Shown: piece after piece, positions 16,555 to 27,487 of the stretch
Layout of the letters: every line of letters starts with the position of its first letter
Numbering within the stretch: the first letter of the stretch is position 1
DNA from: an uncultured Myxococcaceae bacterium
GTDB lineage: Bacteria; Myxococcota; UBA727; JABDBI01
Length of the DNA: 64,000 bases
Direction of reading: 5' to 3'
Assembly: GCA_964635635.1 (NCBI GenBank)
Contig: CAZWPE010000001.1
Coordinates: 639,020-703,019 of the forward strand
The notes under the pieces: generated by a model
The model's database searches: none
Told to the model about the DNA's origin: nothing
The model's input: only the letters and a program-made list of their open reading frames with translations
Position numbers and translations under genes: made by a program

Positions 16555-17617
16555 TCTTTCGGTTTTTCTAACTGCCATTGGAGCGGGCGTTTTAGGCTCG
16601 CTTTGTGCACTTTTTTTAAAAGCCATTCAGCATCTCAGCTTTGGGTGGCACTATGCTGGTTTTTGGCTACAAGTTTCTCACGACCCAGCTATCCAGCGCT
16701 TCTGCGTCGTTTTAATATGTGGTTTAGTTTCAGGAGTTGGTTGGTGGTGGTTTTCTCAGTATAAACTGATCGATAATATACTTCAACTTATCACTGCTGG
16801 AATGGGATCTCCTTTGGGCCGTGAAGCAGCCCCGAGAGAAATTAGCGCTATTTTTTCAGGTTGGATTTCTAAAAAGCTTCAAGTTCCCGAATCTGAAATG
16901 AATTCGCTGCGTGCCTTAGCAGCAGGCGCAGCGTTGGGAACTATTTATAATGTACCCTTCAGCGGCGCACTATTTGCCTTTGAAAGCCTCAAAGCCGAGC
17001 GTACACTTCGAAACATCTTCACTGCCCTATTTATCAGTGGGTTCTCAATCTTTATTTCATGGAAATTCCTAGGCTCCAAGCCTCAATATGCACCCGTCGA
17101 ATTTGCTCCTGCAACTTCTCTGTATGTTGGTGCTCTGATTTTTGCGCCACTTTTTTGGTGGAGTGGAAATCGCTTTGGCGAGTTCATGTCCAGAATTAAA
17201 AGTCGCGCATTCAAAAACCAGAACCTGCTACTTGCATGCATCCTGAACTTTGCATTGGTTGGCCTTCTCAGCATGAAATTTCCAGCACTGCTTGGGAATG
17301 GCAAAAATGCTGCAGGTCTTGAGTTCGCGGATCTCCTTTCCTGGCACTCAACTGCTATTCTTTTATTACTTCGAATCCTGATCACTGTCACAACCCTCTA
17401 TGCAGGCGCCCATGGTGGGCTTCTCACGCCCTCTCTGGCCGCTGGAGCCCTGCTGGGCGGCACCGTAGGAGGGTTATGGCTGCAACTATGGCCCGGGACT
17501 AATCTGGCGAGCTTTGGGCTGGTAGGCGGCGCTGTGTTTCTAGGTGCTGCACAAAGAATCCCGCTGACAGCTTGCATGCTTATTCTAGAACTCACTGGGG
17601 CATTGCAGTACTTCTAG
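16532..17617 (+). CDS. Short ClC / voltage-gated chloride channel family protein
   Basis: 361 aa, multi-TM. GSPLGREAAPREISAIFSG (GREGP-like) and VPFSGALFAFE (GxFxP-like) selectivity-filter motifs. The N-terminal GSGIP motif is not found. Confidence 0.55.
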   Translation: MNNLWRVSLSVFLTAIGAGVLGSLCALFLKAIQHLSFGWHYAGFWLQVSHDPAIQRFCVVLICGLVSGVGWWWFSQYKLIDNILQLITAGMGSPLGREAAPREISAIFSGWISKKLQVPESEMNSLRALAAGAALGTIYNVPFSGALFAFESLKAERTLRNIFTALFISGFSIFISWKFLGSKPQYAPVEFAPATSLYVGALIFAPLFWWSGNRFGEFMSRIKSRAFKNQNLLLACILNFALVGLLSMKFPALLGNGKNAAGLEFADLLSWHSTAILLLLRILITVTTLYAGAHGGLLTPSLAAGALLGGTVGGLWLQLWPGTNLASFGLVGGAVFLGAAQRIPLTACMLILELTGALQYF

Positions 17618-20154
17618 TCTTTATCTTTACTCATCGCTCTAAAATGCTCGAGTGTTTTAAGAATCTTGGGCTTCAGCGCCTCCCAGTCGTGCTTCATGAG
17701 GATTTTAATCGCATCGTAGAACTCATTTACAGCAAAAACCTCAAAACGGCCCTGTTTGCATGCTTCTACGACTTCTTCCGACAGATTCAGATCCAGTCTA
17801 TTGCTTGCAGGGATTACAACTCCGTATTTGCCCTGTGGATTTCTGGCTTGGCAAATCTTGTAAAATCCTTCGATTTTTTGATTCACACCCCCAACAGCCT
17901 GAATCGTTCCTCGTTGGTCCATGGAACCTGTGATCGCAAAATTTTGTTCGATCGGAACACCTGCCAAAACTGAAAACAGCGTGCAGGCTTCTGCTAATGT
18001 TGCCGAGTCACCATCAATCTCGCCATAAGTCTGTTCCATCGCCAATATCACGTTAAAGTTCATCGGAATCTCAAGACCAAAGCAGTTGGCTAAAAATCCT
18101 CGAATAATTAAACGACCTTTGGTGTGGATTGGCCCGCCCTGCTCTGTTTCACGCTCAACATCGATAAACTCACCCTCACCCGCAGCAACACGACAAGTCA
18201 CACGAACAGGAACACCAAATTCATAGCTTCCAAGCTCAACGACCGTCATAGCATTGGCTTGTCCAAGAACTTGTCCGGAAGTTTCAATAGAGACTCTATC
18301 CTCGAGAATATCCTCAATCATCTGCGTTTGCAAAAAGCCTTCACGTTCCGCATGAGCATCCAAAGCATGTTGTACGTGAATGCGTTCAATTAAACGCGCC
18401 TTTTCTGTTCCCGCCCAGTAATTAGCTTCACGAACAATATCAGCCATATCACCAATTCGCGAAGTCAGTTTATTTTGATGCCCAGCCGTTCGAACCGCAT
18501 GTTCAATCACTCGACCTGCTCCTTCGGGAGTCAAACTCCGAAGTTTTTCATCTGCACATAAATGGCTTAAGAACTTAGCATAGCGCTCAACATGCTCATC
18601 TGAACGCACCATCTCATTATCAAAATCTGCCTTTACCTTAAAAAGTTTCGAGAATTCAAGGTCTGTCTTAGTCAGAACGTAATAGAGCTCCGGAATACCA
18701 ATCAAAATCACTTTAATCTCGAGTGGAACAGGTTCTGGGCGAAGTGAAGCGACAGAAACCATTCGTCCAGGCTCACCTGGGTCATCAAGCTCTACCGCTC
18801 TGTTTTTCAAAGCTCGTTTAAGGCCTTCCCAAGCGGCTGGATCGCGCAAAATATCTTGTGCTTCTAAAAGTAAATATCCACCATTGGCTTGATACAATGC
18901 ACCTGCACGTATCCGGGTGTGATCCGTCATGGTCTCGCCACCTCTCAGGCGCTGCTCAATGCGCCCGATTAAGTTGGAAGAGGTGGGGTGTGTCTCTTGA
19001 ACCACCGGAGCCCCTGCAGACTTGGCGTGCGTAACAAAAACATTAACACGGTAACGAAGGAGTGCAGGTTCATCATCATCATAGTCCTCTTCTTCCTCTG
19101 TATTTCGAGGACGAGGTCTTGGTGATTCTGAGTTTTCAGAAGCATTTGCAGTTTCATCTGGAATCAAGCGTCTAAGACGATTCAGCACATCTTCCTGGGA
19201 AGCCTCCAAATGAGCTATCACTCTTGGGTAAAGCTTCCAGTTTGTTTTTGCAGCATCAAAAAGCGGCGCTAAAATAACATTCGCAGTTTTCTTCTCTAAT
19301 GAATCAATGGTTTCTTCAGACTCTCGTTCAATCGCTCTAATACGACGAATACAGTCTTCTAAATGCATTTCTAGACGTTCAGCGTTTTGCTCAAGATGCT
19401 GCTTTTTCTTTTCGGTTAAGCGCTCAAATTCTTCTTCTGAGATTGCTTGTCCTTTAGAATTCGCAGGGGTAATCGTGAGCGCTCCAGCAGCTCTTTGAAG
19501 CACAAAACCTTTGCCTGAAGCTTCCTTTTCTATAATCTGAAGAAGCTCTTCTGTCTTTGTTTGACAATCATCACTAAGCGCTTGCCGTTCAGCAATATAG
19601 CGCTCTGACTCAAAAGTCTTTTCCAGATCTGACATAAAGCGCTCAACCAGAGTGTCATAAGTCTTTTTTAGCTTAGGACCCATCCCGGCAGGAATGCGGA
19701 CAGCAAGCGGACGGTCTCTGTTTTCAAAGTTATACAGAAGAACAACATCATCTGGCGTAGGTTCCTTGATCGCTCTATCAGATAAGAGTTGATTGACAGT
19801 TGAAGTTCTTCCCGTTCCAGATTCGCCTACAACAAATATGTTAAATCCGCGCTGACGGACTCCGAGTCCCATCTCTAATGCAGACAACGCACGTTGCTGA
19901 ACCATCGCTCCGAATCGGTCAGTTTTTGACTTCTTTCGCTTACGGACAGTAAGGCCTGCACTCACAACAGACAAATCTTTAAGTTGAAAGCGCAAAGAAT
20001 CAGCGGCGATGGGGTGGATCATGTCCCAGAGCTTAACCGAAAACCTTCCGACAGTGAAGCATGAACCTGGAATAAATACATTCCACTTCAAAGTTTGCCC
20101 TTTATGACTGGTTAAGTACCTTGCAGCAGTGCTACACTGCGGCTGGTGGCTCAA
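17614..20154 (-). CDS. Lon-like ATP-dependent protease (COG1067/LonB-type; AAA+ module plus C-terminal S16 protease domain)
   Basis: 846 aa. Walker A GESGTGRTS. C-terminal DGDSATLAEACTLFSVLAG...ITGSMDQRGTIQAVGGVNQKIEG parallels the Lon DGPSAG...GG.KEK catalytic Ser/Lys region. Internal acidic EEEEDYDDDE stretch. Confidence 0.65.
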   Translation of the reverse strand: MSHQPQCSTAARYLTSHKGQTLKWNVFIPGSCFTVGRFSVKLWDMIHPIAADSLRFQLKDLSVVSAGLTVRKRKKSKTDRFGAMVQQRALSALEMGLGVRQRGFNIFVVGESGTGRTSTVNQLLSDRAIKEPTPDDVVLLYNFENRDRPLAVRIPAGMGPKLKKTYDTLVERFMSDLEKTFESERYIAERQALSDDCQTKTEELLQIIEKEASGKGFVLQRAAGALTITPANSKGQAISEEEFERLTEKKKQHLEQNAERLEMHLEDCIRRIRAIERESEETIDSLEKKTANVILAPLFDAAKTNWKLYPRVIAHLEASQEDVLNRLRRLIPDETANASENSESPRPRPRNTEEEEDYDDDEPALLRYRVNVFVTHAKSAGAPVVQETHPTSSNLIGRIEQRLRGGETMTDHTRIRAGALYQANGGYLLLEAQDILRDPAAWEGLKRALKNRAVELDDPGEPGRMVSVASLRPEPVPLEIKVILIGIPELYYVLTKTDLEFSKLFKVKADFDNEMVRSDEHVERYAKFLSHLCADEKLRSLTPEGAGRVIEHAVRTAGHQNKLTSRIGDMADIVREANYWAGTEKARLIERIHVQHALDAHAEREGFLQTQMIEDILEDRVSIETSGQVLGQANAMTVVELGSYEFGVPVRVTCRVAAGEGEFIDVERETEQGGPIHTKGRLIIRGFLANCFGLEIPMNFNVILAMEQTYGEIDGDSATLAEACTLFSVLAGVPIEQNFAITGSMDQRGTIQAVGGVNQKIEGFYKICQARNPQGKYGVVIPASNRLDLNLSEEVVEACKQGRFEVFAVNEFYDAIKILMKHDWEALKPKILKTLEHFRAMSKDKD

Positions 20155-20180
20155 AAACTGTTAGGTTTGGTGATTTGTAA

Positions 20181-21398
20181 GTGACACAGGAAGATCTATT
20201 TCTAACTCAAAGTCCCGAGGAACAGCGGGACTTTCTTGCGGGGCTGGAAGAGTCTCAGAAACGAGTATGGCTTCGACTATTGCCCCCAGATGATGCAGCG
20301 GATTTAATCCAAACCCTCGAGCCAGAAGAACGTCATGCGTATCTAGAACTCATCGATGCCAGCACACGCCTAGAAATCATGGCGCTTTTAACTTATGCCG
20401 AAGACAAGGCTGGTGGTCTCATGAGCTCCCGCTACGCCAGACTTCGGCCTGAGATGTCTGTCGACGAAGCCATTCGGTATCTGCGCATTCAGGCAACCAC
20501 AGAAGTCGAAACGATTTATTACGCTTACGTGCTTGATCCAGCACAGCATCTCTTAGGTGTTGTTTCTTTTCGTCAGCTGTTACTTGCTGCACCAGGCAAA
20601 CAAGTTCGAGATATCATGCAAACTCAGCTTGTAACAGTCTCCGATCACGCGGATCAAGAACAGGTCAGCAAGCTGCTTGCCAAACGCGATTTTTTAGCGA
20701 TTCCGGTTATTGATGATGAACATCATATGAAGGGCATTGTGACCTTTGATGATATTGCCGATGTTGTTCAAGAAGAAGCAACGGAAGACATGCAGAAATT
20801 CGGAGGTGTTTCTGCACTTGAAGCTCCTTACTTTAAGACCGCCTTTTGGGAAATGCTTCAAAAGCGTGCCGGTTGGCTTACCGTCTTATTTTTAGGTGAA
20901 ATGTTCACGGCTACTGCCATGGCATTTTTCGAACAAGAAATCGAAAAGGCAGTGGTACTTGCTTTGTTTATTCCACTGATTATCAGCAGTGGCGGCAATT
21001 CAGGTTCACAGGCCACAACACTTATTATTCGTGCGCTATCACTCGGTGAAATCAAACTGGGTGATTGGTGGCGGGTTCTATTCCGAGAAATACGCTACGG
21101 AGTTATGCTTGGGGCTATCTTAGGAATCATCGGGCTGGCTCGGATTCTCGTGTGGTCAACTTACAGCTCAGTTTATGGGCAACATTATATCTTGATTGCC
21201 AATACCGTAGCATTCAGTTTGGTTGGAGTTGTGCTGTGGGGAACCATCACTGGGTCCATGCTGCCCTTTATGCTCAAACGTGCAGGCTTTGACCCTGCTG
21301 CAGCTTCTGCCCCCTTAGTAGCCACACTGGTAGACGTTACTGGGCTCGTGATTTATTTCAGCATAGCCAGCATGGTCTTAAGTGGAACGCTGCTTTAG
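20181..21398 (+). CDS. mgtE: Magnesium transporter MgtE
   Basis: 405 aa (GTG start). CBS region then TM domain with MgtE signature ISSGGNSGSQATTLIIRAL. Confidence 0.8.
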   Translation: MTQEDLFLTQSPEEQRDFLAGLEESQKRVWLRLLPPDDAADLIQTLEPEERHAYLELIDASTRLEIMALLTYAEDKAGGLMSSRYARLRPEMSVDEAIRYLRIQATTEVETIYYAYVLDPAQHLLGVVSFRQLLLAAPGKQVRDIMQTQLVTVSDHADQEQVSKLLAKRDFLAIPVIDDEHHMKGIVTFDDIADVVQEEATEDMQKFGGVSALEAPYFKTAFWEMLQKRAGWLTVLFLGEMFTATAMAFFEQEIEKAVVLALFIPLIISSGGNSGSQATTLIIRALSLGEIKLGDWWRVLFREIRYGVMLGAILGIIGLARILVWSTYSSVYGQHYILIANTVAFSLVGVVLWGTITGSMLPFMLKRAGFDPAAASAPLVATLVDVTGLVIYFSIASMVLSGTLL

Positions 21399-21404
21399 CA
21401 AATG

Positions 21405-21770
21405 CTAATCTTCCTTTGGCTTATGGTCTTCATTGCAGCGATCATTTGTATCTTTTCCTTCACCCTCGCTGTCTTCTCCATCTAAAACCTTTGCTGAAGA
21501 TGCGCTTTCTGCTGAACCAGAGCTTGAAGACATTCTCTTGATAGGAAGAAATCTAAGATAATCGAAGATCCCATTATCCTTGTTCCCACAAAAAATTGTA
21601 GTGGATCTCATAAGATTTTCGCCAGAAGAAGTCTCCTTCTCTCCATCTTGTTTAGGAGCCGTTGCATTTTTTTTCTGCTCATTATCTACATTGGAGTCGT
21701 TACCTGAAGCTAAACTCAAAGCAGAAACCGTCATTAAAGCAAAAAACATCCATCGCAGTTGTAAATTCAT
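21405..21770 (-). CDS. Small secreted low-complexity (Ser/Glu/Asp-rich) protein
   Basis: 121 aa, N-terminal signal peptide MFFALMTVSALSLASG. Acidic tail. Confidence 0.35.
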   Translation of the reverse strand: MNLQLRWMFFALMTVSALSLASGNDSNVDNEQKKNATAPKQDGEKETSSGENLMRSTTIFCGNKDNGIFDYLRFLPIKRMSSSSGSAESASSAKVLDGEDSEGEGKDTNDRCNEDHKPKED

Positions 21771-21840
21771 AAACCAGCCTCCAAAGTGGTGGTTTATATC
21801 GTTTACTCACAACATCAACCCATACTTTTTGATACACACC

Positions 21841-22155
21841 CTATGGCAGAAGCAATGGCAAGTCTTTCAAAAATTCATTGATATCACCTCGAAAAATGGC
21901 AAAAAGCATCCAGGGAAGTTTAATCAATTGACCAATTATCAATAAAGGAACTTTAACGAAAAAAAAGTTTGGCAACTTGCTTATAAACAAAACAAACGCA
22001 GAACAAACTTCAACTACAAGCTCTGAAGACGTTGGATTCGCTTCAGCTAGCACCGTCGCAGGTATTAAACACAAAAAGACAGAAAATATAATACGATTCA
22101 TCATAGATATTGGCAGTCTCCTCTGGATTAATCTCCAGAGGAGTTTAAAATTCAC
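21841..22155 (-). CDS. Small hydrophobic hypothetical protein
   Basis: 104-aa ORF immediately downstream of the preceding secreted protein gene. Internal Met followed by signal-like IIFSVFLCLIPATVLA. Confidence 0.3.
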   Translation of the reverse strand: MNFKLLWRLIQRRLPISMMNRIIFSVFLCLIPATVLAEANPTSSELVVEVCSAFVLFISKLPNFFFVKVPLLIIGQLIKLPWMLFAIFRGDINEFLKDLPLLLP

Positions 22156-22761
22156 TTAATTATCTAGCTTACTTCCAATTCTGGCGTGTCTTGCTACGTC
22201 TTCTGCGATTTCTCCGTCCCCTGGCTCAATTTCATCTTGTGGTTGTTCACCAATAATACCTGCATGTGTTCTGCCCACAGAAGCAGTTGTTGTTTCTTCT
22301 TGTTCAGAATGCAAACTTCCACTTGAAGCACTTCCTTCACTCTGCATAAGCTGCCCGGTTCCTTCACGTTGCATCATTTCTGCTTCTTGTTGTAGTGCCT
22401 CCATCTTTTGGTTAGCAGAATCTTGTGGAGCAACCAACAAACCCGAACTTTGGGAGTCTATGATTGTTGGTTTTTTACCTAACTCAGATTTACTTCCATC
22501 ATTTTCACCTTCTTCTGGTCTATGGGGTGGTTTGGAATTATCTTCTGGCTTAGAAGGTTTTTCGTCTTGTTGTCTTTGAGGCTTTGCTGCCATCCAATTC
22601 TGTACGATCTTATTAATTAAAAAACCGATACCAGCAGCAGCAGACAACTCTTTCCAATTTCGCAAAGTCCACTGCCCCCAAGTTTCCTGATTATGAGCGA
22701 TTAATGGAAACGATGCACACATCACTGCAGATAAAACCAAAGAAATCAATTTTGATCGCAT
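22156..22761 (-). CDS. Secreted acidic/Gln-rich hypothetical protein
   Basis: 201 aa. Signal peptide MRSKLISLVLSAVMCASFPLIA. Low-complexity E/Q/S-rich body. Confidence 0.4.
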   Translation of the reverse strand: MRSKLISLVLSAVMCASFPLIAHNQETWGQWTLRNWKELSAAAGIGFLINKIVQNWMAAKPQRQQDEKPSKPEDNSKPPHRPEEGENDGSKSELGKKPTIIDSQSSGLLVAPQDSANQKMEALQQEAEMMQREGTGQLMQSEGSASSGSLHSEQEETTTASVGRTHAGIIGEQPQDEIEPGDGEIAEDVARHARIGSKLDN

Positions 22762-22804
22762 AAAAAACTCCTCTTCGAGTTTTCTACACTGAACATCAGG
22801 AATA

Positions 22805-23257
22805 TCAACTCATCCACATTAATCCTGCAACAACAATTCCTGCCAGAATATCGTCAAACATGATTCCAAATGGCCCCTTGATTTTGCGGTCTGCCCAGGA
22901 AATTGGCCAGGGTTTTAGGATATCAAACACACGAAACAAAATAAATGCGACAGCAATTGATGTGATGGTTGGCTCACAAAAAAGCGTTGCAAAACCCATG
23001 CCGGCTGCTTCATCAATCACAACTTCTTTGGGGTCATCGGATTCAAAGTGAGAACGCGAAATTGCCCAAATCCCGAGGGCAAATACAGCTAATGACACAA
23101 ATAGTCTGAGCAAAAAAGAAGCGCCACTTAAAACTAGGGGCGCCCATAAAATCGACGAAGCCAGAGACCCCCAAGTACCAGGCGCAAATGAAATGCGCCC
23201 GATGGAGCCCAGCGTACTAAGTTTCTGCGTTACGTCTGAGGAACGCAGGAATGTCAT
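22805..23257 (-). CDS. pgpA: Phosphatidylglycerophosphatase A
   Basis: [49 protein letters not shown] match PgpA motifs. Start set at internal Met (ORF track 23284). Overlaps the ftsZ 3' end. Confidence 0.8.
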   Translation of the reverse strand: MTFLRSSDVTQKLSTLGSIGRISFAPGTWGSLASSILWAPLVLSGASFLLRLFVSLAVFALGIWAISRSHFESDDPKEVVIDEAAGMGFATLFCEPTITSIAVAFILFRVFDILKPWPISWADRKIKGPFGIMFDDILAGIVVAGLMWMS

Positions 23258-24671
23258 ATTCGTCTTCTTTTGACTTTGAACCATGCATCGTTAAAGAAGC
23301 ATCTTCTTCGACAGGTGCCAACACAGGAATCTTCATTTCTGTCACAGGCCGAATTCCGGATGGCTGATCCCAACTCTGACGGATATAAGCTGGAATATCC
23401 TTCGATGGCTCCGGATGATGGCTTGGGAACATGCTCGGAACATGTGATGCCATTGGCGCAGCTGCAACAGGTGCAGGCTGTACAAATGGAGCTGGTTCCG
23501 GATGAATTGATGGAGCCATTGAGAATACTGGTTCTGGTGTCGGTGCAGGGTGAATCGAAGGGAATACCGGAGCGACTTCGAACGGAGCTGGAGTTTCAAC
23601 AGGAGCAGCAACTGCCGGAGGTTGATTAAACAATGGCCCTGGTGCCTGCATCGTTTCAATAGCAGCAGGAATTGATTTTTGAATCAGCTCTGGCTCTTTG
23701 AAAGTACTGCCCTTTGCACCCTCAAAACCCGTTGCAATCACGGTAATGGTCACTTCATCTTCGAGTTTTTCATCAACCACATAACCAAAGATGATATTCG
23801 CATCTTCGTGTGCAGCCTTAGTAATGAGCTCAATGGCTGAGTTGACTTCATGCAAGGTCAAAGACTTACCACCAGTCACATTGACCAGTATGCCCATGGC
23901 ACCATCCACAGAAACATCTTCAAGAAGTGGACTTGAAATCGCTTTCTGAGCTGCTTCCACTGCACGATTGTCACCCTTGCCCGAACCAATCCCCATGAGC
24001 GCCATACCTTGATCACTCATCACAGAAATAGCATCTGCAAAGTCTACATTCACAATACCTTGTTGGGTAATGATATCGCTGATTCCCTTCACAGCATTGA
24101 GCAATACTTGGTCAGCCATTTTGAATGCGTCAAGCATTGAGGTGTTAACATCGGCAAGTTGCAACAGACGATTGTTAGGCACAACAATCAAGGTATCAAC
24201 AGCAGCTTTTAAGGCTTCAACACCTGCTTCAGCAGATTTTCGGCGACGGTTACCTTCAAACAAGAAAGGCTTGGTGACAACACCTACGGTCAAAGCACCC
24301 AAACGCTGAGCAACATCTGCAATAATCGGAGCAGCGCCCGTTCCGGTACCACCACCCATACCAGCAGCAATAAACACCATGTCTGCACCGAGCAAAAGCT
24401 CTTCAATACGGTCCATGCTTTCTTTCGCAGCCGTGGCGCCTACTTCAGGCTTAGCGCCAGCTCCAAGACCCTTGGTACACCCCTGGCCAAGTTGAAGTTT
24501 CACGGGAGAGGCACTCATATCAAGCGCCTGACAGTCCGTGTTGGCTACAATAAACTCAACACCATGGATACCATGCTGAATCATATTGTTGACAGCATTT
24601 CCACCGCCACCACCTACGCCAACAACTTTAATTTTAGGACCTCTTTGTTGCATTTCATCAAATTCAATCAT
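23217..24671 (-). CDS. ftsZ: Cell division GTPase FtsZ, with Pro-rich C-terminal linker
   Basis: 484 aa. GGGTGTG tubulin signature, NTD (ANTDCQAL), C-terminal DIPAFLRR peptide. Confidence 0.95.
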   Translation of the reverse strand: MIEFDEMQQRGPKIKVVGVGGGGGNAVNNMIQHGIHGVEFIVANTDCQALDMSASPVKLQLGQGCTKGLGAGAKPEVGATAAKESMDRIEELLLGADMVFIAAGMGGGTGTGAAPIIADVAQRLGALTVGVVTKPFLFEGNRRRKSAEAGVEALKAAVDTLIVVPNNRLLQLADVNTSMLDAFKMADQVLLNAVKGISDIITQQGIVNVDFADAISVMSDQGMALMGIGSGKGDNRAVEAAQKAISSPLLEDVSVDGAMGILVNVTGGKSLTLHEVNSAIELITKAAHEDANIIFGYVVDEKLEDEVTITVIATGFEGAKGSTFKEPELIQKSIPAAIETMQAPGPLFNQPPAVAAPVETPAPFEVAPVFPSIHPAPTPEPVFSMAPSIHPEPAPFVQPAPVAAAPMASHVPSMFPSHHPEPSKDIPAYIRQSWDQPSGIRPVTEMKIPVLAPVEEDASLTMHGSKSKEDEYDIPAFLRRNAET

Positions 24672-24691
24672 TTCTCTCTGCCTCCCACCCT

Positions 24692-25924
24692 TTAAATCAT
24701 ATCCTGAATCCAGGCTTCCATTTTCTTTTTAACACGCAAATAAAAACTTTCGCCACTCAATCTCGCATACTTTTTCTCGCGAGCTGCGGCTTGATACAAA
24801 ACCAAACCTACTGCGGTTGCATAGATTGGGCTATTCACCACATCTAACAGGCCCCCAACCCCTCTCGGAGAGCCTCTGCGCACCGGAAGTCCCAACACAT
24901 GTTCTGCCACTTCAACCATTCCGGGAAGCAAAGCAGAACCACCCGTTAAGACCACACCCGAAGCCAACAATTCGCGAAATCCGATTCGATGAATTTCTCG
25001 AGCAACTAATTCGAAAATCTCTTCGACACGTGGCTCTAAAATATCGCCCAAAATTTGCCTGCGCAAAATTCGGTCTGGTCTTCCGCCAATACTAGGTACT
25101 TCGATAACTTCTTCTCTGCCTATCATTTTTGCACTTGCAGAGCCATAAGTTTTTTTAATTTCTTCAGCATTTTCTGCCGGAGTTCGAAGACCAACTGATA
25201 TATCATTTGTCAAATGCTGACCACCAATTGGAATTACCGACGTGTGCTGAATTGAACCATGACAAAACACGGCCACATCAGTTGTTCCGCCACCAATATC
25301 CACCAATGCGACTCCCAACTCTCGCTCATCTTCACTGAGTACTGCATAGGCGGAGGCTAACTGTTCCAAAACAACATCAGTCACTTCAAGACCACAACGC
25401 TCCGCGCATTTAATGATATTTTGAGCTGAGCTAATTGCGCCGGTCACCACATGAATTTTAGCTTCTAGCCTGGAACCAGACATGCCGAGCGGATCCCTAA
25501 TACCACCTTGACCATCCACAATAAATTCTTGAGGAAGCACATGCAAAATTTCTCGGTCTGTCGGGATTGAAAGCGCCTTAGCCGTATCAATCACGCGTTC
25601 GATATCGGCTTTTTTTACCTCGCCATCTTTAATTGCGATGACGGCCTGGCTGTTGATGCCCTGAATATGAGCACCCGCAATACCAGCACAGACACGGTGG
25701 ATTTTACATCCGGCCATCCGCTCAGCTTCTTCTAAAGCTTTCGCGATTGAAGCAACGGTCGACTCAATATTGATAACAACGCCTCTTTTAAGACCCTTCG
25801 AGGGACTGGTACCCACGCCAATAATATTCACACCTTCTGGACATAACTCAGCCACCACCACACCTATCTTGGTAGTTCCGATATCCAATCCGACGATCAA
25901 ATTATCGCGCTTAAACCTCGCCAT
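24692..25924 (-). CDS. ftsA: Cell division protein FtsA (actin-like ATPase)
   Basis: [30 protein letters not shown] motifs. Start at the Met 69 nt inside the ORF-track start (AAGGA SD 5 nt upstream), abutting the ftsQ stop. Confidence 0.9.
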   Translation of the reverse strand: MARFKRDNLIVGLDIGTTKIGVVVAELCPEGVNIIGVGTSPSKGLKRGVVINIESTVASIAKALEEAERMAGCKIHRVCAGIAGAHIQGINSQAVIAIKDGEVKKADIERVIDTAKALSIPTDREILHVLPQEFIVDGQGGIRDPLGMSGSRLEAKIHVVTGAISSAQNIIKCAERCGLEVTDVVLEQLASAYAVLSEDERELGVALVDIGGGTTDVAVFCHGSIQHTSVIPIGGQHLTNDISVGLRTPAENAEEIKKTYGSASAKMIGREEVIEVPSIGGRPDRILRRQILGDILEPRVEEIFELVAREIHRIGFRELLASGVVLTGGSALLPGMVEVAEHVLGLPVRRGSPRGVGGLLDVVNSPIYATAVGLVLYQAAAREKKYARLSGESFYLRVKKKMEAWIQDMI

Positions 25925-25925
25925 A

Positions 25926-26612
25926 TCATCCTTTTTTGAAACGAACCGCAATCTGACCCCGTTTAAGATTGTCGTCAAGGTAGACGAAAGCAAGTTCAGC
26001 TGTTTTTGGACCTAAAGACTTCATTACACTTCTGAGTTTTTCCCACTGAACAGCAGCATTTGTTACTCCAATAATTACTTCAAGACCATTGACGAATAAA
26101 ACCTGCGCCTGCTCATGTGGCATCGTATGGACTTCCATTACCTTTCCACCTGGAAGACCTGCTGAAATATGAGCAGCTAAAAGCTGGGCCTGTTCAAGCC
26201 CTTGAATCAAAGGTAAAGACAACTCTTCTTCACTTTCAGCCGGCTTAAAGGCTACACCACCAGCATCTACCACCCATAATTTTCCCTGTTTAATAAGGCC
26301 CACAGGGATACGTTCAACAATATCAACCTGAAGTGTACTTGGCGGTTCCCTGCGAACACTGGCCGAAGCCACCCAAGGATGTCTTTCAGCCATGATTCGA
26401 ACACGGTTTAGATCAACACCATACAAAGGTTTACCAACCATATCTCGCAGATACACTTGAAGCTCTTCAGGCTTTGCATGAGCACCTGCATGAACACGAA
26501 TCGTCCGAATTGCCAGTGCTGAGCCCTCCGTGAGCCAAACATACAAAACAGGCACCAATACGCCGCCAGCGATTAAAGTAGACACTAATACTATTTGTCT
26601 TCGAATCCCCAA
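25926..26612 (-). CDS. ftsQ: Cell division protein FtsQ/DivIB (POTRA-containing)
   Basis: 228 aa. N-terminal TM then POTRA/FtsQ-like region. Position between murB and ftsA. Confidence 0.7.
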   Translation of the reverse strand: MGIRRQIVLVSTLIAGGVLVPVLYVWLTEGSALAIRTIRVHAGAHAKPEELQVYLRDMVGKPLYGVDLNRVRIMAERHPWVASASVRREPPSTLQVDIVERIPVGLIKQGKLWVVDAGGVAFKPAESEEELSLPLIQGLEQAQLLAAHISAGLPGGKVMEVHTMPHEQAQVLFVNGLEVIIGVTNAAVQWEKLRSVMKSLGPKTAELAFVYLDDNLKRGQIAVRFKKG

Positions 26613-27487
26613 TGCCTTACCTCATATTCCAATTGAATACCAAATTGATCATAAACTTTTTTACGCGCCAATTCACAAATTGCCAACATATCTTTTGAAC
26701 TTGCCTTATTGTAATTCAAAAAAAAGTTAGCATGTAGTTCAGAAATTCTGGCTCCACCTATTTGGGTTCCCTTAAGGCCACATGCCTCAATTAAGCGGCC
26801 TGCATAATCCTCTGGAGGATTTTTAAACATCGAGCCTGCCGAACGGAACTTAGGTTGAGTAGCTTTACGTTTTTTAGCGAGCTCCTGTGCTTCATGCAAA
26901 AGTTCTAATTTACGCTCAGGCTTTGGCTCTGGGTAATGCAAATAGGCTCTGCACAAAACAGCATTCGCAGGAAAATGGGTATTGCGGTACGAAAATCCCA
27001 TATCATCGTGACTGAGTTCAAGAGCGCCATTTTCTGTCATGGCCTCTACGCGAAGGACGACCTCGCCCAGCTCACCTTGACGAGTTCCAGCGTTCATTTT
27101 GAGTGCACCACCGACAGAGCCAGGAACGCCGCACCAACCGAGTGCTCGCTCCCAACCTAATTCCAATGCATGGCGGGTTAATTTGGGAAAAGAATAGGCA
27201 GCGCCCACAGAGATATCACGGCCATCTGGTGACATATGAATGCGCGTGAAGTCACCCGTCAAATGCACAACAACGCCGCGAACTCCAGAATCACTTACCA
27301 GCAAATTACTACCACCACCCAAGAAATAAACAGGCATTTTGGCAGATTTTGCCTCAGAAAGTACTTGATATAAATCAGTCTCGTTTTTAACCAGAGCCAA
27401 ATACTCCGCCGGCCCACCCATGTGGAGGGTTGTGTAGGGAGCCAAGGGCTCCTCTCTCAAAACCTCAACGCCTTCAAACACTTTCAA
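26591..27487 (-). CDS. murB: UDP-N-acetylenolpyruvoylglucosamine reductase
   Basis: 298 aa. FAD-binding YFLGGGSNLL motif and MurB C-terminal domain. Confidence 0.9.
   Translation of the reverse strand: MKVFEGVEVLREEPLAPYTTLHMGGPAEYLALVKNETDLYQVLSEAKSAKMPVYFLGGGSNLLVSDSGVRGVVVHLTGDFTRIHMSPDGRDISVGAAYSFPKLTRHALELGWERALGWCGVPGSVGGALKMNAGTRQGELGEVVLRVEAMTENGALELSHDDMGFSYRNTHFPANAVLCRAYLHYPEPKPERKLELLHEAQELAKKRKATQPKFRSAGSMFKNPPEDYAGRLIEACGLKGTQIGGARISELHANFFLNYNKASSKDMLAICELARKKVYDQFGIQLEYEVRHWGFEDK

Noticed and set aside
17083-17595. Two minus-strand ORFs (102 and 65 aa), Pro/Ala/Arg-rich
   Set aside because: Antisense to the ClC-like gene. The composition reflects the GC-rich antisense of hydrophobic codons.
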